NCBI GenBank assembly: GCA_024137785.1
Contig: JAHRHZ010000081.1
Span: 7,372,898-7,436,897 of the forward strand
Direction of reading: 5' to 3'
DNA length: 64,000 nt
Source of the DNA: Ginglymostoma cirratum
Lineage: Eukaryota
In this document: positions 11,716 to 24,777 of the stretch, piece by piece
Layout of the letters: the number at the start of each line of letters is the position of its first letter
Numbering within the stretch: position 1 is the first letter of the stretch
Notes under the pieces: generated by a model
What the model was told of the DNA's origin: nothing
What the model saw: the letters and a program-made list of their open reading frames with translations, nothing else
The model's database searches: none
Translations under genes and position numbers: made by a program

Positions 11716-12916
11716 TAGACATAGAGTCATACAGCATGGAAACTGATCCTTCAATCCAACTTGTCTGTGCTGACCAGATGTCCTAAATTAACCTAGTTCC
11801 ATTTGCTAGCATTTGGCCCCATCCCTCTAAACCCTTCCTGTTCATGTACCCATCCAGATGCTCTTTAAATGTTGTAATTGTACCAGCCTCCACCACTTCC
11901 TCTGGCAGCTCGTTACAGACAAGCACCATGCGTGAAAAAGTTGCCCCTTAGGTCCTTTTAAATCTTTCCCCTCTCACCTTAAACCTATGTCCTCCCACGC
12001 TGGGGAAAAGATCTAATCTATTTACCTTGCCCCTCGAGATGTTATAAACCTCTATAAGGTCACTGCTCGCCCTCTGACACTCCAGGAAAAATAGCCCCAG
12101 CCTTTTCAGCCTCTCCCTAAGGCTCAAACCCTCCCTTGTAAATCTTTTCTGAACCCTTTCAAGTTGCATAGCATCCTTTCTATAGCAGGGAGACCAGAAT
12201 TGCACACAGTATTCCAAAAGTGGCCTAACCAATGTTCTGTACAGCTGCAACGTGACCTTCCAACTCCTATACTCGATGCACTGACCAATAAAGGCAAGCA
12301 TATAAAACGTCGTCTTCATTATCCTGTTGACCTGTGACTCCACTTCCAAGGAACTGTGAACCTGCACTCCAAAGTCTCTTTGTTCAGCAACACTCCCCAT
12401 GACCTTACCATTAAGTGTGTTAGTCCTGCCCTGACTTGCCTTTTCAAAAGGCAACAACTCCCATTTGTCTAAATTAAACTCCATCTGCCACTCCTTGGGC
12501 CATTGGCCTATCTGATCAAGATCCCGTTCTAATCTGTTGTTCATTATACCTCAATTTTGGTGTCTTCTGCACATCTACATCATTCATATAAATGACAAAA
12601 AGTAGTGGCTCCAGCACCGATCTTGGTTGCACATCACGAGTCGCAGGCCTTTTGTCTGAAAAGCAACCCTCCACCACCAACCTCTGTCTTCTACCTTTGA
12701 ACCAGTTCTGTATACAAATGTTTCTGATGAAGGATTTAGGCCTGAAACGTCAAGTTTTCCTGCTCCTATGATGCTGCTTGACCTGCTGTGTTCATCCAGC
12801 CCCATGCTTGTTATCTCGGATTCTCCAGCATCTGCAGTACCTTTTATCTCTGTATACAAATGGCTAGTTCTGCTTGTATTTAACCTTGCTAACCAGTCCA
12901 CCACGAAGAACATTGT
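11716..12916 (-). mobile_element. CR1 LINE 3' part (RT C-terminus and 3'UTR), interrupted by a PLE insertion
   Basis: ORF 11948-12544: WQMEFN..K, LYRTLVRPLLEYCVQFWSP, LERVQKRFTR, GHRFKV, all typical of CR1 ORF2. Confidence 0.9.
12721..12850 (+). mobile_element. Family A mini-element (hammerhead motif plus 3' end only) with a 14 bp TSD
   Basis: TCTGTATACAAATG at 12707-12720 and 12849-12862; core at 12724-12751. Confidence 0.9.
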
Positions 12917-13473
12917 CAAACACTTGTTCTTGACTATTTGCTTAAATCAGCCATGTTGGACAGCTTTGTGACTCTAGCACAACTTGATGTTTGTGTGTTG
13001 TGTACTAGAACTACTTTGAACTACCAAGTTTTTGGGGCAAAGCATTTTGTACTGAGCTTAGTCAATGTTCCTCATCGTAGACTGGTTAGCAAGGTTAAAT
13101 ACAGGCAGAACTAGCCAGTTGTATACAGAACTGGCTTGAAGGTAGAAGCCAGAGGTTGGTGGTGGAGGGTTGCTTTTCAGCCTAGTAAAGGAATGCAACA
13201 GTTGTTGACACAAGTTGTTATTCTCCTTGGATGCTCTTGGCTACTGATTTGATGAAATAATTAAATCCATTTGGATGTGAACGTAATGAGTGTTAATGTG
13301 ATGGATTAGACTTTTAATTCATTTGTTTTATATCCAGCTAATAGTGAAAGGATTATTGCCTAAGAAAAATATGTTTACACGATCGGTGCTAATCTTCAGA
13401 AAAGAATTGGAATTTTTTAAGAATTGCAGCATTGGTAGGGGAGAAAGTATGGTGAGTGGGATTCATTGTTGCA

Positions 13474-13605
13474 GAGATAATAGGAACTGCAGATGCTGGA
13501 GAATCGGAGATAACAAAGCATGGAGCTGGATGAACACAGCCGGCCAAGCAGCATCGAAGGAGCAAGAAAGCTTGATGCTTCGGGCCTAGACCCTTCATCA
13601 GAAAT
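13474..13605 (-). mobile_element. Family A mini-element
   Basis: Reverse complement of the 12721-12850 type, including the tail; degenerate hammerhead core at 13574-13601. Confidence 0.85.
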
Positions 13606-13974
13606 GATTTCTGCAGGCTCAGTCGGAAGAAATAACCTTTGTGTTCTGTTCTGTAATTCTAAAATTTTTGTTCAGCCTTCAGAGATTAACGTTTCTCTAG
13701 ACAGAGTCCATGTATATGTTTATTTAGTCAGTTTTATTACAGCTCACGCATCACAAAACTTACTGATTACTTGTTCCTATAGAAGTATTTTTAATCAACC
13801 TCTTTGACCTCTTTGGTCTCAGGCATCCCTACTAGATAACATTTGTGCTTTATGAAGAAATTGGCATGTAGTCCTAGTTCTTAACTGTACATGTGTAGGT
13901 GTGTATTCCAAGATAGTTTTGTCTGTACTGATTCTTTCAGTTGTTGATTGGTCTAACGCAAATGTACAATACTG

Positions 13975-14590
13975 CTGTTGTTAGCAATCTGAAATAAAAA
14001 CAGAAAACACTAGAAATACACAGGAAGCCAGGCAGCATCTATGGAAAGAGACATGTTACAGGTTGATGGCCTTGCATCGGAATTGGAAAAGAAGTTGGAG
14101 ACTGAATAGGTTTTCAGCCAGTATAGAGACTGGGGGAAGGGGGAGTGGCGTGAAGAACAAAAGGGAAGAACTGAGAAAGAATAAAAGCATTACCTGACAA
14201 AAGTGAAAGGCTGAAGAGTTGGGAGAGCAAATAAGGATGCACAAGACATGTCCAGGTCAACATAACTAATTCACAGCTGACAGTGGCTGTCCAGAAAAAA
14301 ACAACACAGAATTTCCGGTCTGAAATTGTTAAATTCAGTGTTGAGCACAGGAAGATCTAAAGTGTCTAAATGATCAATGAAATGTTGTTCCGTGAGCTTA
14401 CGGTTTCCTTTGAGTAGTTTGCAAAAGTGATCACTTTGGGTGTGTGGCAGAGAACGAACATTACAAACAATTGGAAGCTGGTGATCATGCTTTGTGTGTG
14501 AAGTGGTTAGTCAATCTGCATTTGTTTTCCTTAATGTAGAGGATTCAGCCCTGTGAGCAGTGAATACAATATGTACTCAAGTTGGAGTCG
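13975..14590 (-). mobile_element. Old Penelope-like 3' fragment (family B-like end plus decayed endonuclease region)
   Basis: atctgaaataaaaacagaaaa...ggcagcatct end followed by sequence resembling the antisense GIY-YIG tail. Confidence 0.5.
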
Positions 14591-14599
14591 TTCACATAA

Positions 14600-15050
14600 G
14601 TTCACTAAATTTGTCCCTGGGATTGGAGGAGTTATCTTGTGATAACAGACAGTGTAAATTGGGCCTAAACACTCAAGTTTAGAAGAATGAGAGGTTATCT
14701 CATTCAAACATATAACTTTTTGATGGAGCTAAGAGACTGTTTCTCCAGCTGCTGAATCTAAAACACAGGAGCATGGTCCCCCAATGAGGGGTTGATTGTT
14801 TTGGATTGCGATGAGGAGAAATTACTTCACCTAAAAGGTGTGAAACTTTGGAATTGTTTACCCCTAAAGTTTATGGATGGTTGGTCATTGGATAGATTTA
14901 AGGGTGAGAGGTAATGTTTTGTTCTGTCAGGAAATCGATGGAGATGGGGAACAGATGAGAATTTGGAACTGAAGCTCAAGATTAGCTATGATCCTATTGA
15001 GCGACCCAGTGGGCTGAATGGTGTACTGCTCCTGTGTATTGTGTTCTTAT
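14600..15050 (+). mobile_element. CR1 LINE 3' fragment
   Basis: gagtttagaagaatgagaggt.atctcatt and ttcac..aaaggtgtgaa.ctttggaatt motifs. Confidence 0.65.
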
Positions 15051-15799
15051 TGGAAAAAATTGTTTAATTGGAATGACTTGAGGCCCCAGATTGGAATGTG
15101 GAAGGTATTGAGATGTTGCAATGAAAGATTTGTCTGTTGGGCATTATCATTCTGTAGTTTCTTTCACTTTTTTTTCTCTTCTCTCATGCTTCTTGAGGGC
15201 TTATGTGATCTAGTTTTTTTTTCATAGTTACCTCTGCTTTGCAGCATTGCTGGCTACCGATATTTGTGCATGTGAAAGTTTATCCTTTTTACCACTTCCT
15301 GAATCCCTCCAGGTATAGTTGGCAAGGTCAGGAATGTATTTACCAGAAACCTGTAAATCCTTTTCTTTCACATACTTTCTTATGCTGACATTTGTATTTG
15401 TCTGCTGAAGTTCAGCTGGTAGACTTCTGCCTTGATGACTGAAAAGAACAGAGGCCTATTGTGAATGAGCTATCCTATTTGGTTGGCACTCCCGGACGAG
15501 TGATTATGTGGAGGACTGGAGTGAAGCTGGTAGACAGCAATGACAAATTGAATTGGATCAAAGAATATTGTAATATTCACACTGCTTTGAACCAAAATTG
15601 TAAAAATAAGTTTTCAATTACTGAGAATATCTTCCCACGTATCTTCGAGCTTAAGTGTGCAATAATTTTGCCTTGTTTCGTTTCACTTTACAGATGTAAG
15701 TGATGCATCCAGAACAGGAAGTATAAATATACATGTGGACAGATGTCATGAATGTTCTGTATAAAACCCAAGATTTAATAACCACAAGATCGAATGGGG

Positions 15800-16362
15800 G
15801 ACAGTAACTCACCTCCTGACTCCCCAAAGCCTGTCCACTATTTGCATAAAGCCAGGATTTTGATGGAATGTTCCCAACTTACCTGGGTGAATGCAGCTCC
15901 ATCGACACTCAAAGCTTGACCCCATCCATTGCAAAGTGACCTATTTGATTGGCATCCCATCCAGAAACATTTTCTCCCTCCACACCACCAATCAACAGCA
16001 GTCTGTACCCATCTGCAAGATGCATTGCAGAAATTCACCCAGGCTGCTTAGAAATGGCCCTCCAAATCCACAATCATCTGGAAGGACAAAGGGCAGCAAA
16101 CACGTGAGAGCACGACCATCTGCAAGTTCCCTTTCAATCCACTCACCATCCTGACTTGGAAATATTTCATTTTTTATTTCAACTGTGACTGGTCAAAATT
16201 CTGTAAACCGCCACCCAAACAAAAAGGATTGTGTGTCCACCTACACCAAATGGACTGCAGTGACCAGGAAGGCAGCTGACCACCATATTATCAAGCAAAG
16301 CTAGTGATGGGCAATAAATGCCGGCCCAACTAGTGCTGTCCACATTCCACAATGAATGAAGC
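15800..16362 (+). mobile_element. L2/CR1-group LINE 3' end (donor of the SINE tail); related fragments at 23600-24310 -, 24410-24650 +, 28500-28980 -, 51960-52720 -, 54100-54300 +
   Basis: caagatgcattgcag...caccatcctgacttggaa...gatgggcaataaatgc motifs recur across the copies. Confidence 0.6.
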
Positions 16363-16369
16363 AAAGCAC

Positions 16370-17515
16370 AGAATGATGTAATTCAGTCTGCTATGTATCT
16401 GTCCCCTCATATGGAGCAGCTCACCTGCTCCCCCTCCTACCTTTACCTCATAGCTCTGCTGATTTTCTTTTTTCTTTTTTCTTTTTTCATGTAATGATCA
16501 ATTCCTTTTTGTGAGCTTCAGTTGATTCTGCCCCATGACACTGTCAGGCAGCATACTCCAAATCCTAACCCCACACTGTATGAAAAAGCTTTTCCGTGTG
16601 TCACCATTGCTTGCCAGCTACCTGAATTCTCTGATTTTCTCTCCTACCACCAGTGGGAATATTTTCTCCCAATTTACTGCCTGAGCTCTTATGATGTTAA
16701 GTACTTCATCAAATCTTTTCTCGATGTTGTGTTCCCTCAAGGAGAATAGTCTTAGATTATGCAGTCTTATTTTATGTAACTGAAGTTCCCTGTCCCTTGA
16801 ACCATTCTCCTGAATCATTTCTGGACTCTTCCTAATATCTTCACACCCTTCATAAAATGTGATATTGAACTGGATGCAGCTCTCCAGTTGAGATCAAACC
16901 TGTATTTCATGTAAATTTAGCATAACTTTCTTGCCATTAGACGTAATATCCTTATTGTCAAAGCACAGGTTGCTTTTTACCTATTGAACTGATCCTGTCA
17001 CCTTCTGTAATTTGTGCACAAGTGCATCCAGATCCCTCTGTTCCTGTATCTCTGTCTTTAAATCATATTTTTAAATATTGTACATCCACATTCACCAAAA
17101 TGAATCACTTAATACTTCCTGCACTAAATTTCATCTGCCATCTGCCTGCTCATTCCGCCAACTTGTGATGTTCTTCTGTATTCTTCTCTAAGTTTGCAAT
17201 ACCTCCCAAGTTTTGTATCTGCAAATTTGGAATTGTCCTATAAACCAAAATTTAGACCATGGGCCCTGACACTGATCCCTGAGGATTTCCACTATGAATC
17301 TTTCTCTGGTGTGAAAAGTATCTACAAACTTAGTCTCTTGTTACTCATGCAATTTTGTATGCAAACTGTTCCTGTCCCTTTTTATTCCGTGGATTCTGAC
17401 TTTTTTGTCAAGCTGGTTGTGCGACCCCTTATTGCGTCTTTTGGAAGAGCAAGTACACTTCATCAACCCTCAGTTATTTCATCAAGAGACTCAATTAGTT
17501 GAAATGATTTGTTCT
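16370..17515 (-). mobile_element. CR1 LINE fragment, strongly decayed (similar decayed pieces at 22750-23570 -, 30900-31250 +, 32370-32930 +)
   Basis: aaatttcatctgcca (antisense WQM.F); ORF remnant IYKTLIQPRLE at 32339. Confidence 0.55.
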
Positions 17516-18085
17516 TGTCAATGCTATGGTAGCTTTCCTTGGTGCATATTTGTCCAGTTGATTTTACACTTTATATGTGGATATTGATGTGAGTTGCCAA
17601 TTTATCATGCATGATTGAGCCTCCTGCAGTTATCAGCCTGAATACATTGTAAGTACTCAAATTTTGTCAAATGAGTCGAAAAGACGTTCATATGTTAATG
17701 CTTTAATCCAAAACCTCTTTTAACTGCATCCTTTGTTCTCTGATCTACAAGGGAATCCAAGTAAAAGTGTTGGGCAGTCAAGTGGAGTTAAGGCTGTAAT
17801 GAGACCAGTTCACTTCTTGAAGGCCAAGTAGCTGACTTCTGTTCCTATCTCTTTTGTTGTTACAATACTCAGACCTTGTGTGTTGTAAAAATCCTGTGGC
17901 ACTGTTGTGAAGAACGGGAGAGTTTCTATGGTGTCCTCGCCCTTTTTATTCCTTAGACTTATCAAGTCTAAGATTCTTAGTTGATACACTCATTTATAGA
18001 CATTTGTTTTTATTTGGGTGGGTTGCAGCTCATTTTCAATTTTTGATTAGACGATTCTAAAAAGTTCTCTTTCCAGAATGCTCAT

Positions 18086-18395
18086 TGGTTAGCACTGCTG
18101 CCTCACAGCGCCAGAGACCTGGTTTCTATTCCAGCCTCAGGTGACTGTGTGGATTTTGCACATTCTCCCCGTGTCTGCGTGGGTTTCATCCGGCTGCTCC
18201 AGTTTCCTCCTACAGTCCAAAGATGTGCAGGGTAGGTGGGTTGGCCATGCTAAATTGCCCATAGTGCCCAGGGATGTTTGGGTTAGACGTGGGAAATCAG
18301 GGGTAGGGGAATGAGTCTGGGTGGGATGCTCTTCAGAGGGCCAGTGTGGACTTGTTGGGCCGAATGGGTTGTTTCCACACTGTAGGGATCCTATG
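18086..18395 (+). mobile_element. HE1-like V-SINE (elasmobranch tRNA-derived SINE with CR1 tail); partial copies at 19858-19953 + and 41189-41371 -
   Basis: tggttagcactgctgcctcacagcgccagagacc head, V-domain ttgcacattctccccgtgtctgcgtgggttt, tail ttgggccgaa..g..tgtttccacactgta. Confidence 0.85.
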
Positions 18396-18689
18396 CTTAT
18401 TTCTGTTATTGATAATTTACCTTTTTTTCAGGCATATTACTGAGTTATTCTAAGATTTTTTTCATTTCCTAGGTTTTAACCCCAAAGATTATCCTGCCAA
18501 TGTCAGGTCAGACCTGGCAGCTCTCTTGCCTATGAGTCAGAAGGGTTTTGGTTCAAATTTTGAGCATTGAGAGACTGCTTCACATCAGAATGTGCCATCT
18601 TTAAACTGTTAAGAGGAAATGAAGCGTAAAAGTACAACTAAAGAGGACACTGCTGAGATCACTTCTAGATTGCTATCTACAGTTTTTGG

Positions 18690-19180
18690 TGGTTTTTGTT
18701 TTAAGGAGGGATATAACTGCACTGGATCTAGTTCAGAGAAGGCTCCTCAGGGTGATTCCTGGCTTGATGGATTTGGATTTGGATTTGTATTGTGCGGAAA
18801 GGTTGACCAGATTGGGTCGATACTCATCGGTATTTAGAAGAATGACAGATAAATTGAAGCATCTTTTGAAAGGGCGGATGCTGAAAAAATGTTCCACTTG
18901 TGGGGGAATCTAGAACTGTTGTGGCTGGAACCTGTTTACAGTTTCAAATATGTCATTTCCTATCTCAAACAGATTAGGAATTTCATCTTGGAGGGTTGTT
19001 AATCTTTGAAATTTCTACTCCACAGAGCTGGGCTTTAAGGCTGAGTTAAACAGATTTATGATCTACAAGGGAATCTGTGTGTGTGTGTGTTTGGCAGGAA
19101 GGTGGAGTTAAGGCCATAATGAGACCATTTCACATCATGGTCGGCAATTAGCTGACTTCTGAATCTAACCCTTATGTTGT
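18690..19180 (+). mobile_element. CR1 LINE 3' fragment
   Basis: DITALDLVQRRLLRVIPGL...ERLTRLGRYS in ORF 18686-18913. Confidence 0.7.
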
Positions 19181-19189
19181 TCTAATGCC

Positions 19190-19455
19190 CACACCTCGTA
19201 TGTTGTAAAAATCCGAGGCACTGTTATGAAGAGCAGGAGAGTTCCTATGGTGACCTTACCCATTTTTATTCCTCAAGCAGTGTCATTATTAGAACGTCTG
19301 ATTATCACATTGTTATTTGTGATCTTGGAACTTACTTGCCCATTTCCTATATTGCAGCAGTGACTACATTTCAAAAATACATGTATGGCTGTAAAGTACT
19401 TTCCACAGCGCGCTCGTGAAAGATGCTACTTAAATGCAAGCCTTTATTTTCCCTT
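19190..19455 (+). mobile_element. Deu-domain SINE 3' half (another copy at 47915-48175 +)
   Basis: gtaaaaatcc..ggcactgtt.tgaagagcagg.gagtt...cagtgactaca.ttcaaaa...gtgaaag..gcta...aaatgcaag. Confidence 0.65.
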
Positions 19456-20159
19456 TACTAAACAAGTACCTTCTGTGCTGGAATCTCAAGCTGATTTATA
19501 TGGAATTTTTTTATACCTAGTTCAACTTTGGATATTAGAATCAGAATCACAGATATCAGTTGTTCTCTGAAGTTATGATATCCCTACCTCCAGTTATCTG
19601 TATTTGGATGCAGATTCAAGTCTTCTTTATCTGCATCCTTTACTGGGTAAATGTACACTAGTAAAATGAGTTGTCTTGAGCTAATATCTACTTGTAGCCT
19701 TTTTATAAAGCTGTGTGGCATGTTTCCTGTTATAGTTTAGACTATTCAGTGTTCATGGCAGTTCCAGCATGCTAAGTACAGGATTTTGTTTAATCTGTGG
19801 TCTTACTTCATACAAGACATTGTTTGTGTCAGTGAAAGCTTGCTTACATAATTATGTTTAGGTCAGGTGGGTTAGACATGGGAAATCGGCGTTAGGGGAA
19901 TGAGTCTGGGTGGGATGCTCTTTGGAGGGGCAGTGTGGACTTGTTGGGCCGATTATCTCATGATTGAGAAATATGAATAAATTTAAAAATACACTAGATT
20001 ATATATTTCACTTGAAAGTTGTGGAATCCTTTTTTAAAATAATTGCACTGGGTAAATGAAAACCTAATGGAATGGACATCCATTAAGGTAAATTAGATCA
20101 ATGTTGAAAACATAGTTTGGTAATAGATAACACGCCACACTACATCGGTGAGACTAAGC

Positions 20160-20687
20160 GTAGACGCAGACCGTTTTGCAGACCATCTGTGCTCTGTACG
20201 TGACAAATGACAACACCTTCCAGTCGCCAACCATTTTAACTCCCACTCCCTGGGTGACATGTCCATCCTGAGCCACTTCCAGTGTCGCAGTGACACCACC
20301 TGCAAGCTGGAGGAGCAGCACCTCATGTTCCACCTCGGGAGCCTACAGCCCGATGGCCGAAACATGGAATTCACCAGCTTTAAAATCTCCCCATCCCTGG
20401 CGTCATCCGCCTCCTTGACCTGACACAACTTGTCCATCTTCTCTCCCACCTATTTGCTCCTCCCATCCTGCTGACCAATCCCTATCTCTCCTAACCTGCA
20501 CTCACCTATCACCATCCCACCTACCTTCCTCAGCCCCACTTCTCCTCTCTCCATTTGTTTCCCAGCTCCCTTCCCCCCCACCCCCCCACCATTTCCGAAA
20601 CGTCAGCTTTCCTGCTCCCTGGCCTGATGTGTTCCTCCAGCTCCATACTGTTATCTGACCCCAGCATTTGCAGTTCTTGCTATCTTA
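20160..20687 (+). mobile_element. Older Penelope-like 3' fragment with a GIY-YIG remnant
   Basis: tacatcggtgagactaagcgtaga (YIGETKRR), PVANHFNS, DMSILS, KLEEQHLMF; ends with the ccagcatttgcagtt tail. Confidence 0.85.
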
Positions 20688-21021
20688 TTGTTTGGTTGGT
20701 ATGTAGTGAGTGTAAATCAAACAATTCAGGCACATTCAAATATGACAGTTTTCTTCATGGTTGCATTTCGGACTTCTGTTATTCAGTGAAAGATTAATTT
20801 CAATGGGTTTAACTCGTTCAGTTTTTGCGATTTTAGGGAACATTTTGGGGAAATTTCTTGACTTACATTGTTTGTACTAATGCAGTTTTAAGTATTCATT
20901 CTGATGCGAATACTTCCTCTTTACAAACAGGAATATTTTTAACATTTGGCCAGGTTGAGTTTGTCAATACCAAAATACTATGTAGAGTTCTGAATCCAAA
21001 GTAAAATCAAAATGCTGAAGC

Positions 21022-21128
21022 TTGCAGTTCTGATGAAAGGTCATTGACCTGAAATGGTCATTCTGTTTCTTTGCCTAGAAATGCAGCCAGATTTACCAAG
21101 TATTCCCAACATTTTCTGTTTTGATTTG
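21022..21128 (+). mobile_element. Family B-like PLE end with a hammerhead-like motif
   Basis: CTGATGA-a-AGGTCA(t)TGACCT-GAAA at 21030-21054, then a decayed family B 3' end. Confidence 0.6.
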
Positions 21129-22519
21129 ATTTGAAGAAAAATTCAGGACTATAGAGAGGGAGCAGAGCAGTGAGAATAGTTTTGGATTGCAGTCGGTGCT
21201 TGTTTAATGTAAAGTTTAATATTGGTTAGTTAATGGGGCCAGTAATCTTGTGACACGAGATTTATTTTAACACTATTTCCTGTGTGACTTGATTGGTGCC
21301 TCCCTCACTCCTCCAGGATGCTGTCTCGCCCCACTCTGTGGTTCACCATGTGTAACTGGTTTCTCCTGAACTTGCTTTCCAATTCAAAATCCAGATTTGA
21401 TCCAAAGCTGAAGTTCTGATGTTGTAGAAATGAGTGTTCTGGCAGTTCAGCTGTGCAGGCACGTGTTACAACCCATGTGTTTTTTTGAATGAATTTCAAA
21501 GCTGCTTCTGCCTTGCTGCTCTTTTCTCAAGCCCTCAGTCGCAATGAGTTTAAAAGAGAGGGAAGAAGTGAGTGGAAGCATTTTGAAAATGCATCCAATG
21601 CTCCAAAGTAATATTCCAAAGGGAGCCAGTGTTTCAGTTAGTCATGACTTTCTGTAATACACCACACATAACTGAATGACCTTGTATGTAAATTTAAGGT
21701 TTTTTGGTATTTGTAAGTATGTAACTGTTGTGCCTCCAGAGTTAGTATAATGGTTGCAAAATTTGTTATTCTTGGCTTTGCCATAAATGATGTACATTAA
21801 GAAGGATTGTTCAACTCAAGGTTTTTACAAGAGTTGTTACGTTAGCTTGACTTTTTAAATGGTGGATCAAGAAATATTCACATGGCTCCCAGTCTGGAAG
21901 AATATTCCTCCGCAATAGAAATAACTAACATTCTGATTAAACTGCTTCTCCACTGGTATACTGTAATATTAATTGAATAGACCAGGTAAAATATCGGCTT
22001 GCCTTTGCGGATAAAACCGTAGCTGTACTCCAGGATTAGCTAGTGAAAGGAGAGAAGGGACTAGAAATGAAAAGCCCACAGTTGATCTGACAGCTAGTCA
22101 ATCGGTATGAAAAGATAGAAAGCAGAGCCATTGTACAGAAGTTTGCTTTATGTAGAGGTGCAGTAAAATATTGTGGATCCTTTTCCAATGTCTTTTCCAT
22201 TATTTGTGTCTATATAGCACTCTGGAAAGAGGTAACTTCATGGATAGTATTAACAAATGGGGTTACAACTTAATTCAAGACATTTCTCCTTGGGACGTCA
22301 GTGATTAGGGTATTGTCGACACCACTAAATGTAACACCGCAGATGACTCATTTGAGAGGGAGCTCTAAAGCTGGGCTTTCAAAATCAATCCAGGGTAGAG
22401 TATATTTCCTCATTTTATATGGTTATACAAAATCATGGCTAAATGGTCAATAGAAGCAGGATGCATAACATGTGAACTGTTGTACGTGCTCATTTCACTA
22501 CTTAATGGACTGCTGTCTC

Positions 22520-22687
22520 GTTAGAGAGAGGAGGCTGGTAGTGGTTTGACCTGAGGGTCACCCTGCCTCAGGTGAGGAGAGGTTGAGAAGTAGTCATTCA
22601 TAGTAACCTTAACCTGTGTGGAAATTGATCCCATGCTGTTGTCGTCACTTTGCATCACAAACCAGCCATTCAGCCAACTGTGCTAAA
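22520..22687 (-). mobile_element. tRNA-derived SINE head (second copy at 25705-25840 -)
   Basis: Reverse complement begins ttagcacagttggctgaatggctggtttgtgatgc...ggatcaatttcc (A/B-box-like); shared by both copies. Confidence 0.6.
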
Positions 22688-24777
22688 GTTTAAAGTTGGG
22701 CAAGATTCATGAAAACTACTGTATTATCTCTTGCTAGTGCTTAGAATAGTTAAACCACTGAAGAAGGCTATCTGGTCCATTATGTCTGTCCTGGCACTCT
22801 GAGAATAATTTAGCTAAATCCATTTCCTTGCCCTTTCCCTTTATCCCTGAACATTTATCTCTTTAATTATGAAACTTCACTTCAGATTCCTGATTGAACT
22901 GCCTCCATCACACACTCAAGCAGTTTGTTTCAGGTCCTAGACATCTACTGTGTAAAGTATTTTTCCTTTTTTTCTCTGTCCGTTGCTTTACATCAATATC
23001 CTTCGTTTCATGACCCTTGCACCAATGGAAGTAGTTTCTCTGTATTCCACTGTCTTGACCTTTCAAGGTTTTGAAAACCTCGATCAATTCTCTTCTTTAA
23101 GGAAGACAACCCCAGCCCCTCTCGTCTATCAATTTAACTGAAGTCCTTTTAATTAATATCCTACACCCTTTCTGAAGGCTTTCCTGAAATGCTGAGAATT
23201 GACCACTGTACTCCAGTTGAGGCCAAGTGGATTCTCAGCATAATTTGCTTGCTTTGTAATCTCAATTGTAAAGCCGAAGATTCTGTAGGCACTTTTAACC
23301 CATCTTCTCAACCTGCCTTGCCACCGTCAACAATTAGTGAAGATATATCTGCAGGCCCCTCTGCTCCTCCTACCTCTTTGGAAAGGTGCACTTTTTTTAG
23401 ATTGCTGACCCTTATTCTTGTGACCTGCATATATCATTTATCACTGCTTGTTAAATTCCACATGCCACTTGTCTGCTCCTTCAGCAAACCTGCTTAATTC
23501 CCTTTGATGCTAATCAAAAATTACCTCTTTTGATTGCCTTCATATTTTGTCATTCGCAGATTTGAAGTTGAGTCTTGTGTGCATTCAGACTTAATCTTTC
23601 TTTAAATTTATTCACAGAAGATAAACCTGGCTCACTGGCTAAGCTGACATTTGTTGTCTAATCCTCATTGCCCTAGAGGAGGTAATGGTGTGGTGACTTG
23701 TTGAACCACTGCAGTCCTTGGGTACCTAGACAGCATTGATGCTGCAGTGCATATGCTGCTGCCACTGTATCAGTGACGGATGGGGTGCTAATCATGTAGG
23801 CTGCTTAGTGCTAGATGGTGTCAAGCTTTTTAAGTCTTTCTTGATCTCCGTGCATCCTGGCAATTGCAAATATTCCATTGTACTCCTGACTTGTGCTTTG
23901 TTAGGCAGTCAGAATGTGAATTATTTGGTATGAAGTTGTCAACCTCTCACTATTTTTGTAACTATAATGTATATGTGTATGTATAAAGGGAAATAATTAG
24001 ATTCTGTCTTGTTGGAGATGACTATTGTCTGGCACTTATTCACCTAAGCATGGATATTGTCCAGTCCTTGCTGTATCTATACAAGGACTGCTTCAGTATT
24101 TCAGAAGCTACAAATAGTTACGAACACTGGGGAATCATCGAGGATGATTCTGACTTTAAAGGTTTCTAACTTTATTATGGATAGAAGGTGATTGATGAAG
24201 CAGCTGAAGATGCGGAGGCGTGGGGCACTACCCTGAGGAAGTCCTGCATTAGTGTCTTGGGGCTGAGATGATTGGCTTCTTCCAGCCTCAACCATCTTTC
24301 TTTGTGCTGGGAGCATAGAAGTAAAGAAACTTTTAAAGCTTTTCCAACAGTCACATCCTCAGGACGATGTTTGTCTCAATCGAACATTATTCAGCATTAT
24401 TCACAACTCGGTGTCTATAAGTCAATAGTGTGATGGAATACTCTCCACCTGCTTCAATGACTACAATTCTAACAGTACTTAAGAAACTTGATAGCATTCA
24501 GGGCAAAGCATTCCATTAGACTGGCACCCCATCTGTCACATTTAAGCGTTTGCTTCACTACCAATGCATGACGGCAGCCATGTATGTCATATGCAAGATG
24601 CACTGCAGCATCTTGTTGAGTCTCCTTTACAGCTTCCAAACCCATGACTTCCTCTGCTTCAAATTGAAAACAAGATGGTTTATCGAACTTCCCTTATAGT
24701 AGAGTTCTTCATTCCTGTCAACATGTTCAGACATTTCCTCTGTACCCAGTCTAGTGCGGTAACATCATACTGTAATA

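Noticed and set aside
18086-18135. tRNA gene
   Set aside because: The A/B-box-like head runs into a V-SINE body and CR1 tail, so it is a SINE; the same applies to 6305, 8664 and 22520.
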